Assembly: GCA_031409855.1 (NCBI GenBank) | Contig: JANNYA010000226.1 | Span: 5,192 to 69,191, forward strand | Reading direction: 5' to 3' | Source of the DNA: Rhodanobacteraceae bacterium | GTDB taxonomy: Bacteria > Pseudomonadota > Gammaproteobacteria > Xanthomonadales > SZUA-5 | DNA length: 64,000 nt | Shown here: piece by piece, positions 26,281 through 36,552 of the stretch | Position numbering within the stretch: the stretch's first letter is position 1 | How the letters are laid out: every line of letters starts with the position of its first letter | Notes under the pieces: model-generated | Seen by the model: the letters and a program-made list of their open reading frames with translations, nothing else | The model's database searches: none | Told to the model about the DNA's origin: nothing | Program-made: the position numbers and the translations under genes

Positions 26281-26307
26281 CAGATTTTAGCGCTATTGCG
26301 AGCCCAA

Positions 26308-29300
26308 TTAATCCTTGCTAGGGTGTTTTTCTTGGCTCCTCTCCTGTTCGCGAAATTTTGCTGGCCCTGAGCTAATTTTTATCGCTGTTGTTATTTCAAC
26401 TAGCTCTGCGCGATTTCGCCCGGCTTGTTTGGCTTGATATAGCGCGGCATCAGCAGTACGAATCACCTGTTCGAAGTGACTAGCCTGTGCTTGATTTTCT
26501 GTGTGCTCGGAGGGCGGAGAAAAACACGCGGCGCCGATGGAAGTAGTGACACGAATTTTTTGCCCACCCAAATCAAATTCTTGCAGGGAGATTAAGCGCA
26601 GAATTTTTTCTAGTAGCGCCTGTTGCGCAGGTGCCGATTCCGCGAACTCCAAAATCATGAACTCTTCACCGCCCATGCGAAATACCGGTTTACAGGCTTG
26701 CTGCAAACGCAAAGCAAATTGCACCAGCACGGCATCACCACCAGCGTGCCCAAACTCGTCATTTATTTTTTTGAAATAATCAATATCAAGCAAAATAATC
26801 AACAACGGCTTATTTTGCGGCACGTGCAAATAGCGCTCATAAAAACATCGGCGGTTATAACAACCCGTCAATGGGTCAGTCAGCGCAAGTGTTTCAAGTT
26901 GGACGTTGGCATCAGCAAGCTCTTGCGTGCGGGTGCGCACTTGCGCTTCTAGTGATTGTGCCAAATTGAGTGCTTTACGTTTGAGCGCATCTGCCCGCAG
27001 ACGGCCCAGCCATGTGCCGGAATAAATTAAAGCCACCGCCGCGATCACTGCTAGCCACGGGTTACGCCACCACGGCAGCATGACTGAGAAGGAATGCTCA
27101 ATCGGACCATAAGGGCGACCCAAAGCATCTTGCGCCCAGACTTTAAGGACATATTCGCCGCCAGGTAGTCGGGCAAAATTACGGCTCGCGTCGGCCGTCC
27201 AAACACTGGGCATCGCCTCAAGCCCTAGCAGCTGGGTGCGATAGCGAATTCGCGATTCACGCGAATACGAAAGCAGCCGATAGCGTGCATGCAATTCGGC
27301 ACCGTTGGGTAGAACTTCATTCGCTAAATAGGCTTTATTTGCCACTCGCAGCGCAGTGAAAATTAGCGGCGCGTTTGGCTGCAAATTAGCTTGCGGCTTA
27401 GGATCAAAAATTGCAGCACCACCGACATTTGATGCCCAAATTCGCCCGTAGTTGTCCAACATTACACCCCGATTAAATTCCAAATCCGGCAAGCCATCGA
27501 CTTGGTCAAAACGCTCAATTTGCAACTTTTTAAGCGGATTTTCCCGGCCACTGCCGCGCTGCAGATCCGGCTCAAGGGCGTTCAACGCCGCAACTTGCAG
27601 GCGCAGTGCACCGTTGTAGCCGAACGCATATAAGTCTCCACGTGCGTCAAATTTGACCTCGAAAATCCAGTTAGATCCTAGCGTCGCCGCATCAATTTGA
27701 TCACACTGAATCGTTACATCATGCGGGCGCAAATCCGGCTTGGACGAATCACCTTGACCAGGGTCAAATCGCAGCCGACTAATACCGGCGCGGCCGCCTA
27801 CCCAAATCTCAACTGGCTTGCCAACGGCAGGCGCTGCCAACGCCATCGAATAAATTGCCGGATGCGCCAAACACGGCTGGCGAATCACTTGAATACTGCC
27901 ATCGCCCTTGATCCAGCGCAGCCTATCCATTCCTGCAACAAACATAGAGCCGCCTGCAAGAGCGTCCACATAGAGCAAGTTGCGCGCACCGGCGGCGCCT
28001 TCAATAGCGCTGACTTGATCTCCCTCAATTTTTGCCAAGCCATGCCGCAGCGCCAACCAGAGCGCACCCGTCTTGCCATTTTGCTCGATGTCCAACACCG
28101 TAAACCCCGGAAGGTCGGAGTTGTCAGAGGAAAACTTATTGAGTGTCTTGCCATCCCAATTAAATAAGCCGACGTCACTTGCCAGCCAAAGGCCTCCAGC
28201 AATTCGCGGCGCAATATCATAAATCGGGCGCGCCGCAATTGCGCTCGGTAAAAAAGCTTGCCAACGCCCATTTTCAAGCCTGACAGCGCCGGAAATTGTG
28301 CCCAGCCAATAGCTTTCCACGCCGTCTGGAAAGCGTGCTTTGCCGACACCAATAACCGAGCGATGCGGCAAACCGTGGCGTTCGGTGTAGGCCACCCACG
28401 CCCCAGGATCCGCGCGTGCTATGCCACTGCTTGCGGTGCCGATCCAAATCGGCCCGGCACCTGGAGATTGCAGCAAACTGCGCAGATGATTTTCCGGTAA
28501 CCCTTGCGCCACGGTAAGCGCGCTCCAGCGATCCTGAGCATCCATCTGGATTAGGCCACCACCGAATGTCGCAGCATGCAATATCGGCCGTTGTTGCGAA
28601 TCTAGACTGGGCAATAGATCAAATACACCGGCTGCGATTGCGGAATCATCACGGCCCCATAAAGTCATTTCGTCTTGGCCAGCCGCATCTTGGCGCAATC
28701 TTGACAAGCCGCGCCCGGTTCCGATCCACAGCGCGCCTTGCCAATTCGCCAGCGCGCGTATCAAGGTATTCCCTAACCCTTGCGCGATGCCAAATTTGGC
28801 TTTGACTGCCGCCAAATTTGCGTCAGGCGTGATCTCAAAAGCCAATACTCCCTGATCTTCAGCGGCAACCCAAAGCACCGCTTGATTGTGATATCGACCT
28901 TCTAATATTTCCGGCACATCCAAACCTGCCGTAACCTGCTGAAATACGCAATTGTGGCCCGTGCAACGAAACACGCCCGCCGTTGTCGCAACCCAAACGC
29001 CACCGCCGCTGCGGGTTCTAATCCCGGTTACGCCGATTGTCGCAGTTGCAGTCTGAGTCGCACTAGCGGTTACGCTCCGCGCGCCAACTTCAAACGCGCC
29101 ATTCAATGCAATTTTTTGCCAACGCTCGCCATCGCCATGCCAGAGCCCCGCTTCATCCGTGCCGACCCAAATCTGCGCGCCAAGCACAGCAATGGCGTTC
29201 ACCGCGGCCGGCATTTCGGCTTCGCGCGGTGCTTGCGTCAGGCTTAAGCGCGTAAAACCAACACCGTCAAAACGCGAAAGCCCATCCTCTGTGCCCACAT

Positions 29301-29562
29301 AAATACGTCCATCCGGGCCAGTTGCCATGGCGTAAACCGTATTTTGCGGCAGGCCATCTGTGGAATTAAGCACCCGATAGGGGCTAAGCAAGGCACTATT
29401 GGGTGTTGCTGCGGCCCCCTGCAGCACGACAACTTCATTGGCAAATGCAGAGCAAGAAAGCAAACACCCCAGAAAAGCAAAAATTAGCGCGCCTACACGG
29501 TTAATTCGGCGCTGAGTCCGAATGACAGTGTTACAGACGACTCCTTTTTTCCAGCGCTGCAT
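26308..29562 (-). CDS. Ligand-binding sensor diguanylate cyclase (two-component-regulator propeller repeats + Y_Y_Y-like region + TM + GGDEF)
   Basis: Periplasmic propeller repeats are of the type GLPQNTVYAMATGPDGRIYVGTEDGLSRFDG. A TM helix WLAVIAAVALIYSGTWLG follows. The C-terminal GGDEF domain has DPLTGCYNRR, DIDYFKKINDEFGHAGGD and the active-site GGEEF. Confidence 0.85.
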   Translation of the reverse strand: MQRWKKGVVCNTVIRTQRRINRVGALIFAFLGCLLSCSAFANEVVVLQGAAATPNSALLSPYRVLNSTDGLPQNTVYAMATGPDGRIYVGTEDGLSRFDGVGFTRLSLTQAPREAEMPAAVNAIAVLGAQIWVGTDEAGLWHGDGERWQKIALNGAFEVGARSVTASATQTATATIGVTGIRTRSGGGVWVATTAGVFRCTGHNCVFQQVTAGLDVPEILEGRYHNQAVLWVAAEDQGVLAFEITPDANLAAVKAKFGIAQGLGNTLIRALANWQGALWIGTGRGLSRLRQDAAGQDEMTLWGRDDSAIAAGVFDLLPSLDSQQRPILHAATFGGGLIQMDAQDRWSALTVAQGLPENHLRSLLQSPGAGPIWIGTASSGIARADPGAWVAYTERHGLPHRSVIGVGKARFPDGVESYWLGTISGAVRLENGRWQAFLPSAIAARPIYDIAPRIAGGLWLASDVGLFNWDGKTLNKFSSDNSDLPGFTVLDIEQNGKTGALWLALRHGLAKIEGDQVSAIEGAAGARNLLYVDALAGGSMFVAGMDRLRWIKGDGSIQVIRQPCLAHPAIYSMALAAPAVGKPVEIWVGGRAGISRLRFDPGQGDSSKPDLRPHDVTIQCDQIDAATLGSNWIFEVKFDARGDLYAFGYNGALRLQVAALNALEPDLQRGSGRENPLKKLQIERFDQVDGLPDLEFNRGVMLDNYGRIWASNVGGAAIFDPKPQANLQPNAPLIFTALRVANKAYLANEVLPNGAELHARYRLLSYSRESRIRYRTQLLGLEAMPSVWTADASRNFARLPGGEYVLKVWAQDALGRPYGPIEHSFSVMLPWWRNPWLAVIAAVALIYSGTWLGRLRADALKRKALNLAQSLEAQVRTRTQELADANVQLETLALTDPLTGCYNRRCFYERYLHVPQNKPLLIILLDIDYFKKINDEFGHAGGDAVLVQFALRLQQACKPVFRMGGEEFMILEFAESAPAQQALLEKILRLISLQEFDLGGQKIRVTTSIGAACFSPPSEHTENQAQASHFEQVIRTADAALYQAKQAGRNRAELVEITTAIKISSGPAKFREQERSQEKHPSKD

Positions 29563-29648
29563 CAGCTTCCAGTGAACGTCGAACGGAATTGCACCCGCTG
29601 AGCATACAATTCACAGCATCACACCGCTATGCGCGCTGCACTTTAACC

Positions 29649-30134
29649 CTACAACAAATTTAGATTTTCATCGGCAAGCGCCACCATCACTGCTTCGCCG
29701 CTATCAGGATCCAAGCGAAACGCGCCAAAGCGCGCGGCTTCGTATTTTTTTGCGCTGCCTTCTTCAAAAAAATAGCCGTTGGTGCCCAGCCAAATCTGCT
29801 CGCCACGCAGTTTGTAGCGCAGCGCTGGTTTGGCGTTTGCCACATTAGAAAGTACAGCAATACCGCGTTGATCAATTTGCAACGGCGCCCGGAACGTGCC
29901 GCCCCGCTGCCGCTGGGTATCGGTCAATACTGCGCTGAGCTTGCGCGCCAATTCAAAGTTCAGCGTCATGTAGTCGCCCTGCATCAGCGATCTCGGATCC
30001 ACCGGTGCCAGGCCTAAAAAAATCAGCTGCCCGTGCGCGCGAATTCCTTCTTTGTGCGCGATCAAGTAATGCACTTGCCCGAGCACCAACAGCCCGGCTG
30101 CAACGATGGCAGCTCGCATCCAAACTAGCTTCAT
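29649..30134 (-). CDS. GDYXXLXY domain-containing protein
   Basis: An N-terminal TM helix is present, and the eponymous motif lies in SLMQGDYMTLNFEL. There is an ATGA overlap with the upstream gene. Confidence 0.85.
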   Translation of the reverse strand: MKLVWMRAAIVAAGLLVLGQVHYLIAHKEGIRAHGQLIFLGLAPVDPRSLMQGDYMTLNFELARKLSAVLTDTQRQRGGTFRAPLQIDQRGIAVLSNVANAKPALRYKLRGEQIWLGTNGYFFEEGSAKKYEAARFGAFRLDPDSGEAVMVALADENLNLL

Positions 30135-31132
30135 AATGCCCCCGAGTTTTGCTGACTGACAGCAGATTCAGTGCGTGAACGCCCGAGCGCAAACGACAGT
30201 AACAGCGCCAGCACGCCTATAGCCACGGCCCAGGCGGATTTCTGCAACAAGCTGTTTCCTAAGGCGTAATACAAACTCAACAGATTAAAAAATGCGCAGG
30301 CGAAGGCAAACGCCATGAGCCAGTTCGTACGCAATTGATACGCCGCCACCGCACCAAAAAGTGCGCATACGATGCCTATGATCGGTACGCTACTGCTCAT
30401 GTATTTTAGCTCGCCAAAAAATTCAGCCGACAGGAATAAAATGCCGGGCAGCAATGCCACGGCGATCACCAATGCCTGCATCAAGGGGCGCATGACAACG
30501 GCGTAACCCTCGGCAATCCAATCCGCCTCGCGCTGCAACAGCAGTGTCAGCAAAGCTAGCATCGGGAAAATTGCAATGCCCATGCGTATATGGGTGCTGG
30601 CAAAGCTGATCGCGCGCGTTGAGGTGTCCCAATTTTGATCCCAGAAGCGCACGGCGCAAGTCCACGCAGTCGCAGCAAACAAAAAGCTCAAAACACGGTG
30701 CACTCGATACGGCAGCAGCAGTCCCAACAACAGCTGAAATGCAAACAGCTGGGCGAAAAACAGGCTGGGCTGCTGATCCCCGGCGTATTCAAACATCGGC
30801 CAACACATTAATCCCTGCGCCGTCAAACTCAGGGCAAAGGCCACTTGCTGCAGGAAAAATACATGGCGCGCCTGGACCATCAGCAGTGCTGCGATAACCA
30901 GTAACAAAATGGCAATCACGCCTGCAGCTCCCGGGCTTTCCGGGCGCACCGCCAAGGCCACAAAGAACAGCAAAAACACCGCTGAAAACCACGCGCTCAA
31001 CGCCAGAATCAACGTCAAATACCACGGCCGTTCACCCGCATCAGCCGCCATCAACGCCGTCGCATCGACCGCATGGCCTGCGCCGCGCAAAACCTCGAGC
31101 CAATCCCGCCCCGTGTTTGCATTTGTGCTCAT
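30131..31132 (-). CDS. Polytopic membrane protein, DUF4401-like
   Basis: It has about 9 hydrophobic helices. It occupies the middle position of the recurrent DUF2157 / DUF4401 / GDYXXLXY gene trio. The family assignment is by synteny and topology only. Confidence 0.65.
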   Translation of the reverse strand: MSTNANTGRDWLEVLRGAGHAVDATALMAADAGERPWYLTLILALSAWFSAVFLLFFVALAVRPESPGAAGVIAILLLVIAALLMVQARHVFFLQQVAFALSLTAQGLMCWPMFEYAGDQQPSLFFAQLFAFQLLLGLLLPYRVHRVLSFLFAATAWTCAVRFWDQNWDTSTRAISFASTHIRMGIAIFPMLALLTLLLQREADWIAEGYAVVMRPLMQALVIAVALLPGILFLSAEFFGELKYMSSSVPIIGIVCALFGAVAAYQLRTNWLMAFAFACAFFNLLSLYYALGNSLLQKSAWAVAIGVLALLLSFALGRSRTESAVSQQNSGAL

Positions 31133-32148
31133 GACTGTTTACTCCACGCCCGGTGCCAGCCGGTCAGTACCGTGACTGAAACCCAGGCGCTCGCCAAAAT
31201 CCAAATTCCGGCCAGCAAGGCACCGCCTATGTCAAAATTGGGTACCAGCTTCACCAGCCAAACGGTGCTCAGTACAATCCAACTTGCCGCCAACATTGCT
31301 AATACGGCTAACGCGCGTTTTTGCTGTGCCCAATAGGCAAAGGCAATGTAGACGGCGGTTTGCAGGATGAATAGCAACGGGTTTATGGATGCCCATGGCC
31401 GTGTGGCACGCTCCGCAAAATGCACGCCTTCCAATGTCGCAAACGTAATCGCCGTCGCGATCGCTATTTGCGTCATGCGCGCCCGCACATCGCGCGGCAC
31501 GATGCGATCCGAAATAAAGGCGAACAGCGCCGCCATGGCCGTACAAATCAGGCCCGGCACCAGCCAATGCAGTTGCAGCCGGCCGGCATCAGAGGGCCAG
31601 AACCCAAACACCAAATGCGCGGGCGCATACAACACCATCGCCACTACCAATACCACCCACCAAAGCAACCAAGCCGACAGCGCACGCGCCAGTATCACCA
31701 AAGGTACGCCGAGCGCGGCCCAGCCAAAAAATAGCTCGTAGGTATTGGCACCGGTTTGATAAGTCATACCAAAAAGCGCCAACATTGCCCCGGTCACCAC
31801 AAAAGCAACCGTCAGCGCAGAACGCCCCAGCACATGTTGATGCCGAGAGTGCTGCCAAGGCAGCACGTGCATCGGCGGGCGCCAGCAGGCCAAGCCGATG
31901 CAGGTAATTAGCAGCGCATCAAGGGCAAAAAATTTGACCATGGCACCAAAATGCTGCCAATTTGCCGCAATCCAAAAAATCACCGCCGCCGACAAAGACA
32001 CGATGCCCACGCCGCGCAGCACCCGCACACCAAATTGCCGCCAGCCTGCAAGTGTGGGCCACGCCTGACTCGCAACGAGCAAAGTGCGCACAGCAGGCGC
32101 ACTGAGCCGATAGTGCTCAGCAAATCGATCCAACTCTAAACGTTCCAT
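31129..32148 (-). CDS. Polytopic membrane protein, DUF2157-like
   Basis: Multi-pass membrane protein and the first gene of the trio. There is an ATGA overlap with the next gene. The family assignment is by synteny and topology only. Confidence 0.65.
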   Translation of the reverse strand: MERLELDRFAEHYRLSAPAVRTLLVASQAWPTLAGWRQFGVRVLRGVGIVSLSAAVIFWIAANWQHFGAMVKFFALDALLITCIGLACWRPPMHVLPWQHSRHQHVLGRSALTVAFVVTGAMLALFGMTYQTGANTYELFFGWAALGVPLVILARALSAWLLWWVVLVVAMVLYAPAHLVFGFWPSDAGRLQLHWLVPGLICTAMAALFAFISDRIVPRDVRARMTQIAIATAITFATLEGVHFAERATRPWASINPLLFILQTAVYIAFAYWAQQKRALAVLAMLAASWIVLSTVWLVKLVPNFDIGGALLAGIWILASAWVSVTVLTGWHRAWSKQS

Positions 32149-32333
32149 GCGACCTCCAGGTAATGCTTGGATGCTAGCAAAGTTAGGGGCTGCGGCTGAT
32201 TGGTTTGCAGAAGCGGTCTAATTGAGGCCGCACGGTATTACTTATTGCGACGCTTCTTGGGCTTGGTGACAGAACCCTTCATACGCTCGTCCCTAGTAGA
32301 CTTGTGTCGTCACGATCAGCACGCTGAAATCAC

Positions 32334-32840
32334 ATGTCAGAAACGCATCAACCTCCAATTTGGCTTACGCTGCTCGGTTGCGGCGTCGCGGGATTAATCT
32401 GTGGCTCGCCGCATGGGGGATTTATGCTGTGGATGCTGGCGCCATTTGTCTGTTTTTGGCTGGTGCGCTGCGGCTACTTTTTTTTGACCGACGCACGACA
32501 GGACGAAACGAAGCCAAAGCGTGCGCGGCTTGCAAGCTTGAAGCTTGGGCTTTGGCTATCAACGATAGGCGTTTGCTTGTGTCTGCATTTGTATTATGCA
32601 AAATCGGCGCGAACAGCTGCGAATGCTTTGCGCGCGCAGATTGAAAGTTATCGAAACACGCATGGCGTCTATCCCAAAACGATAGCGGCGCTACGCTCAC
32701 CAGCAAGACCAAATCGTTGGCGCATTATGTATTTCTATCACAACGGCGAACCGTCGCTGCTATATCCAGCGACGTCTATTATCTTTGACACCTACAAATA
32801 TAACTTTGAGACTCGCCAATGGGACTATTGGGCTGACTAA
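32334..32840 (+). CDS. Hypothetical small membrane protein
   Basis: Three predicted hydrophobic helices are followed by a soluble C-terminal ~80 aa. I recognised no motif. Confidence 0.5.
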   Translation: MSETHQPPIWLTLLGCGVAGLICGSPHGGFMLWMLAPFVCFWLVRCGYFFLTDARQDETKPKRARLASLKLGLWLSTIGVCLCLHLYYAKSARTAANALRAQIESYRNTHGVYPKTIAALRSPARPNRWRIMYFYHNGEPSLLYPATSIIFDTYKYNFETRQWDYWAD

Positions 32841-32966
32841 ACCTCAGGCGCTGAGTCTGAGGGCTTCTAAGCTACTTTGGCCGATTTGTGACCGCTTTTG
32901 ACCAATGAAGCGCGGCGCACTGTTCAGCAGGTCGCACGACTATTTTGTGCGCCATGTTTGCGCTAA

Positions 32967-35423
32967 CTACCTCGCCCGAATCGAAAACGCTCGGTGAATT
33001 TTGGCGTTGCGTTCAAAGTCTGGCGGGATGCTTTTGGCACTGAAATCCTCGACGGAAAAGTGCTCGGCGATGACGGGGTCAAGCTTGAAGCGCTGCGCGT
33101 TGGTAACAAATAGCAGTTCGCCTTGCTTGCTCAGCAAAGTCATACAGAGTGCAATCATGCTGGCGTGATCGCGTTGAATATCCAGCACGCTGTCGGTGCG
33201 TTTGGAATTGCTAAACGTCGGCGGATCCAGATAAATCAAATCGAACGCGCCCTTGGCGTTCGGCTGGGCAGCGGCCCAATCCAACCACGCCAGCGCGTCC
33301 GCCTGCTCAATCACATGCGCGTCCTGATCGATCTGGTTCAGCTCAAAATTCTGCGCCGCCCAGTGCGTGTAGGTTGGCGACAAATCAATCGAAAGCGAAC
33401 TCACCGCGCCGCCGTTGGCGGCATATACGCTGGCGCTGGCGGTGTAGCAAAACAAGTTCAGAAAGCGCTTGCCGTTACATGATTTGGCAATGCGCTGGCG
33501 CAACATTCGGGAATCCAAAAACAGGCCGGAGTCCAAATAGTCATCCAAATTCACCCAGAATTTCTGCGCGCCTTCACTGACTTCAAAGTATTCGCCGGTT
33601 GCTTGGCGATCACGCCGATATTTGCCGCCGCCTTTTTCCCGGCGTCGAGTCTTCAAATAGACAAACTCCCGCCCGAGGCCAAACGCGGCTTGCGCACCCG
33701 CCACCAATTCGCGCAAACGCCCCGCCGCAACGTCTTCCGGGATATCCATCGGGGCCAAATACTCTTGAATGTGCAGCCTGCCTTCGTACACATCAATCGC
33801 TGCGGAATATTCCGGTAAATCCGCATCATAGGCGCGAAAACAGCTGAGACGGTGATCAGCCAAATAGCTTTTCAAGCGCCGCAAATTTTTCTCAATACGA
33901 TTCGCCACCATCTGCGCGCCGGGGCTTAACGGTGGGCCGGATTTTGTTGGACTGGGCTTGGTTTGAGCCGACTTCACCGGTTCCAACAATGCCGTTTCGC
34001 TGCGCGCCTGTTTGCTGCGCACGGACTCATCGCTTTGCGTTTCCCTGGCATTAAATTCGCTCAAAGTCAGCATGAGGTCTTTAGGTAAATCCAGGTTTTC
34101 TAGGGCCGCCGGTACAAGTTTTGCGGAAGCGGGCTTGGCAGCGGCGGGCTTAGCGGGCGATTCGCTAACTGCCTTGGTTGCCAGCGGCGTCGGTTTAGGC
34201 TCAGTCGAATCTTCCGGCAACGCACGCTGGCCTCGGCTGGCATCAAAAAGCGCCAGCGTGCAGTCCAGCGCGCCGTTTTTTACCGCATAGCGCTTAATAA
34301 TGGGCAAATTGACTGCGGTTAATAGCTCAACATCGCTACTGATCAAGGCCGCGCCAAAGCTAGGGAATTCGCGTGCCAGCATGGCACCAACGGCACGATA
34401 CACCGGTACCAAGGCACGCGCATTGCCCATCCGCTCGCCATACGGTGGATTGCCCAAAACTAAACCGGCGCTCACATTCGGCGGGCACTTTAAGGTGCGG
34501 GCATCAGCAACGCTTAAGCGCACAAAGCCAGAAAAACCGGCGGCTTGCAAATTGCGCTTGGCAATTGCGATTAGGCTGGCGTCGTCATCGAAGCCATAAA
34601 AGCGTGGCTCAACACTCAATGCTTTCAAACCCGCAGCCGCCACAGTTTTTGCTGCAGCAAGCTCAATTTCTTCCGCGTCCCGGGTATAACTTGGGTGCGC
34701 GTAATAGCCAAAGTTGCCGTCTTCAGCGCGCTTTAGGCCGGGCGCAACGTTTGCTGCGATTGCCACCGCTTCCAATAAAATGGTGCCCGCGCCGCACATC
34801 GGGTCAATGAAGCATTCACCGCGTGCGGCACGTTCAGGCCATTTGGCGCGCAGCAGCAGCGCCGCCGCTAAGTTTTCCTTGATTGGTGCTTCGCCCTGCC
34901 CTGTGCGCCAACCGCGTTCGTGCAGCGCATGGCCGCATAAGTCCCACATAATCGCCGCTTCGTGCGGATGCAAATACAAACGCAGGCGCACCGCCGGGTT
35001 TTCCGGGTCGATATTCGGCCGTTCGACGCTATGATCACGATGCTGATCGATAATCGCGTCTTTCACCCGCAGTGCGGCAAAGCCAGTATGTGCAATACCC
35101 GGCGCACTGCCGCTGACGTCGACAATAAAACTGTGCTTTGGCCCCAGCCATTCCTGCCAGGGCAGCTTTTTCGCGGCTTCATATAGCGCGTCGGTGTCGG
35201 GCGCGGAAAAGCGCGTCAACACCACCAAAATGCGCGACGCCAAACGCGAATGCAGGCAGGCGCGCATCGCGAATTGAAAATCGCCGCTGAATTTCACCCC
35301 GGCCAGTGCCTCACGCGCATCCGGCGCACCAAGCGCAATCAACTCGTCGCGCAACAGATATTCCAGGCCTTTTGGACAGGGCGCGAACAGCTCTAAGCCG
35401 TGTTTGTGCGAGCTTCGGCTCAT
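32967..35423 (-). CDS. rlmL: Bifunctional 23S rRNA m2G2445 / m7G2069 methyltransferase RlmL/RlmK (RlmKL)
   Basis: The N-terminal THUMP + MTase part has DPMCGAGTILLEA and the NPPYGER motif. The C-terminal SAM-MTase part has RFLNLFCYTASASVYAA and LDPPTFSNSK. A low-complexity A/K/P-rich linker lies between the halves. Confidence 0.9.
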   Translation of the reverse strand: MSRSSHKHGLELFAPCPKGLEYLLRDELIALGAPDAREALAGVKFSGDFQFAMRACLHSRLASRILVVLTRFSAPDTDALYEAAKKLPWQEWLGPKHSFIVDVSGSAPGIAHTGFAALRVKDAIIDQHRDHSVERPNIDPENPAVRLRLYLHPHEAAIMWDLCGHALHERGWRTGQGEAPIKENLAAALLLRAKWPERAARGECFIDPMCGAGTILLEAVAIAANVAPGLKRAEDGNFGYYAHPSYTRDAEEIELAAAKTVAAAGLKALSVEPRFYGFDDDASLIAIAKRNLQAAGFSGFVRLSVADARTLKCPPNVSAGLVLGNPPYGERMGNARALVPVYRAVGAMLAREFPSFGAALISSDVELLTAVNLPIIKRYAVKNGALDCTLALFDASRGQRALPEDSTEPKPTPLATKAVSESPAKPAAAKPASAKLVPAALENLDLPKDLMLTLSEFNARETQSDESVRSKQARSETALLEPVKSAQTKPSPTKSGPPLSPGAQMVANRIEKNLRRLKSYLADHRLSCFRAYDADLPEYSAAIDVYEGRLHIQEYLAPMDIPEDVAAGRLRELVAGAQAAFGLGREFVYLKTRRREKGGGKYRRDRQATGEYFEVSEGAQKFWVNLDDYLDSGLFLDSRMLRQRIAKSCNGKRFLNLFCYTASASVYAANGGAVSSLSIDLSPTYTHWAAQNFELNQIDQDAHVIEQADALAWLDWAAAQPNAKGAFDLIYLDPPTFSNSKRTDSVLDIQRDHASMIALCMTLLSKQGELLFVTNAQRFKLDPVIAEHFSVEDFSAKSIPPDFERNAKIHRAFSIRAR

Positions 35424-35950
35424 GGTGTTTTACTCTTTTCAGATTCAAGCTCAGAAAGAAACAGCGCGAATTCATGCTCGATCGCGGCCATCGAATTTTT
35501 TAGCCGGTGATCATCGTTCAGCAGCACCAATTTGGCACCGTATGCACGCGCAAAGCCAATCACTTCACTGGGGTCAATCAGCTCGTCCTTCCAGCCATGA
35601 ATGATCGTGACCGTGGCGCAACGCATACGCATCGGGGGTTCTGTGCCGCGAAAAAAGATTGGCGGTGCTAATAAAAATAACCCGGCCACGTCGACCTGAA
35701 GCGATGCCATCGCGCTGATGTAGGCGCCCATGCTGGACCCAACTAGCACCCGATTCGCCTCGCCGGCACTACACAAGTTTAGTAATTTTTCGATGCGTTC
35801 TGGAGCGCCCGCCTCAGTGCCGTAATCTGGCCGCTGGCAGCGGTAATTGCGCGCGCTGGCGATCTCGTCCAAACGCGTAATTTTCGTTGCATTTGGGCCC
35901 GATTCGCTGCCATGCGACAGGATCATTTGGTTAAGGCTGGCTTGCTTCAC
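35420..35950 (-). CDS. Small alpha/beta-fold hydrolase (YqiA/esterase-like)
   Basis: The nucleophile elbow is VGSSMGAY. It is 176 aa. A C-terminal DDH segment (LLNDDHRL) is present. The alternative start is MILSHG at 35923. There is a 4-nt overlap with rlmL. Confidence 0.55.
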   Translation of the reverse strand: MKQASLNQMILSHGSESGPNATKITRLDEIASARNYRCQRPDYGTEAGAPERIEKLLNLCSAGEANRVLVGSSMGAYISAMASLQVDVAGLFLLAPPIFFRGTEPPMRMRCATVTIIHGWKDELIDPSEVIGFARAYGAKLVLLNDDHRLKNSMAAIEHEFALFLSELESEKSKTP

Positions 35951-35960
35951 TTATTCGTCC

Positions 35961-36521
35961 TTAAAGTGGCGCAACAGGCACCAATGCCAACATGATTTGC
36001 TGCAGGCCCAGCGCACCCAACTGATGCACCACGGTCAGCGTCAACATCAACACGCCAACCGATAAATCCAGCGGCCCAATCGGTGGAATCAGGCGACGAA
36101 ACGGCACCAGCATGGGCTTTACCAGGGCGTTAACCACGTGCATAACTTCGTTATGCGGGCTGGCTTGAACAAAGCTGGCGATTACAAACACCACCAGCAG
36201 CAAAAACAACAGCCAGTAAAGCGATTGCCAGACTAAAACTGTACCCAGCACCAGCGATAGCAGGCCAAAACTCATACTCAAAGCCGAGGCCCAAATTACC
36301 CCAACAAGCACGACCAGAAAAGCCGCTGAAATATTGAAATTGCCATAGCGCGGAATAACTTTCTCAAACGGGCGCAGTACCGGCGCTAACGCCATATACA
36401 AAGCCTGCACAAAGGAATTATTGAACGGTGCCCGTGCAAGCTGCAGCAGCAGACGCAGCAGTAGCAACCAAACCACGGTGCCAAACACGAAATTAATTAC
36501 CAAAGCGTAAATACCGTACAT
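35961..36521 (-). CDS. yggT: YggT family membrane protein
   Basis: It has two YggT-like repeats (LLLRLLLQLARAPFNNSFVQALYMALAPVLRPFEKVIP ... VVNALVKPMLVPFRRLIPPIGPLDLS). It occupies the conserved position downstream of proC. The start is set at ATG 36521. The track ORF extension overlaps proC. Confidence 0.8.
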   Translation of the reverse strand: MYGIYALVINFVFGTVVWLLLLRLLLQLARAPFNNSFVQALYMALAPVLRPFEKVIPRYGNFNISAAFLVVLVGVIWASALSMSFGLLSLVLGTVLVWQSLYWLLFLLLVVFVIASFVQASPHNEVMHVVNALVKPMLVPFRRLIPPIGPLDLSVGVLMLTLTVVHQLGALGLQQIMLALVPVAPL

Positions 36522-36552
36522 AGGATTCCTGTAATTGCGACTGGCGTATTCA

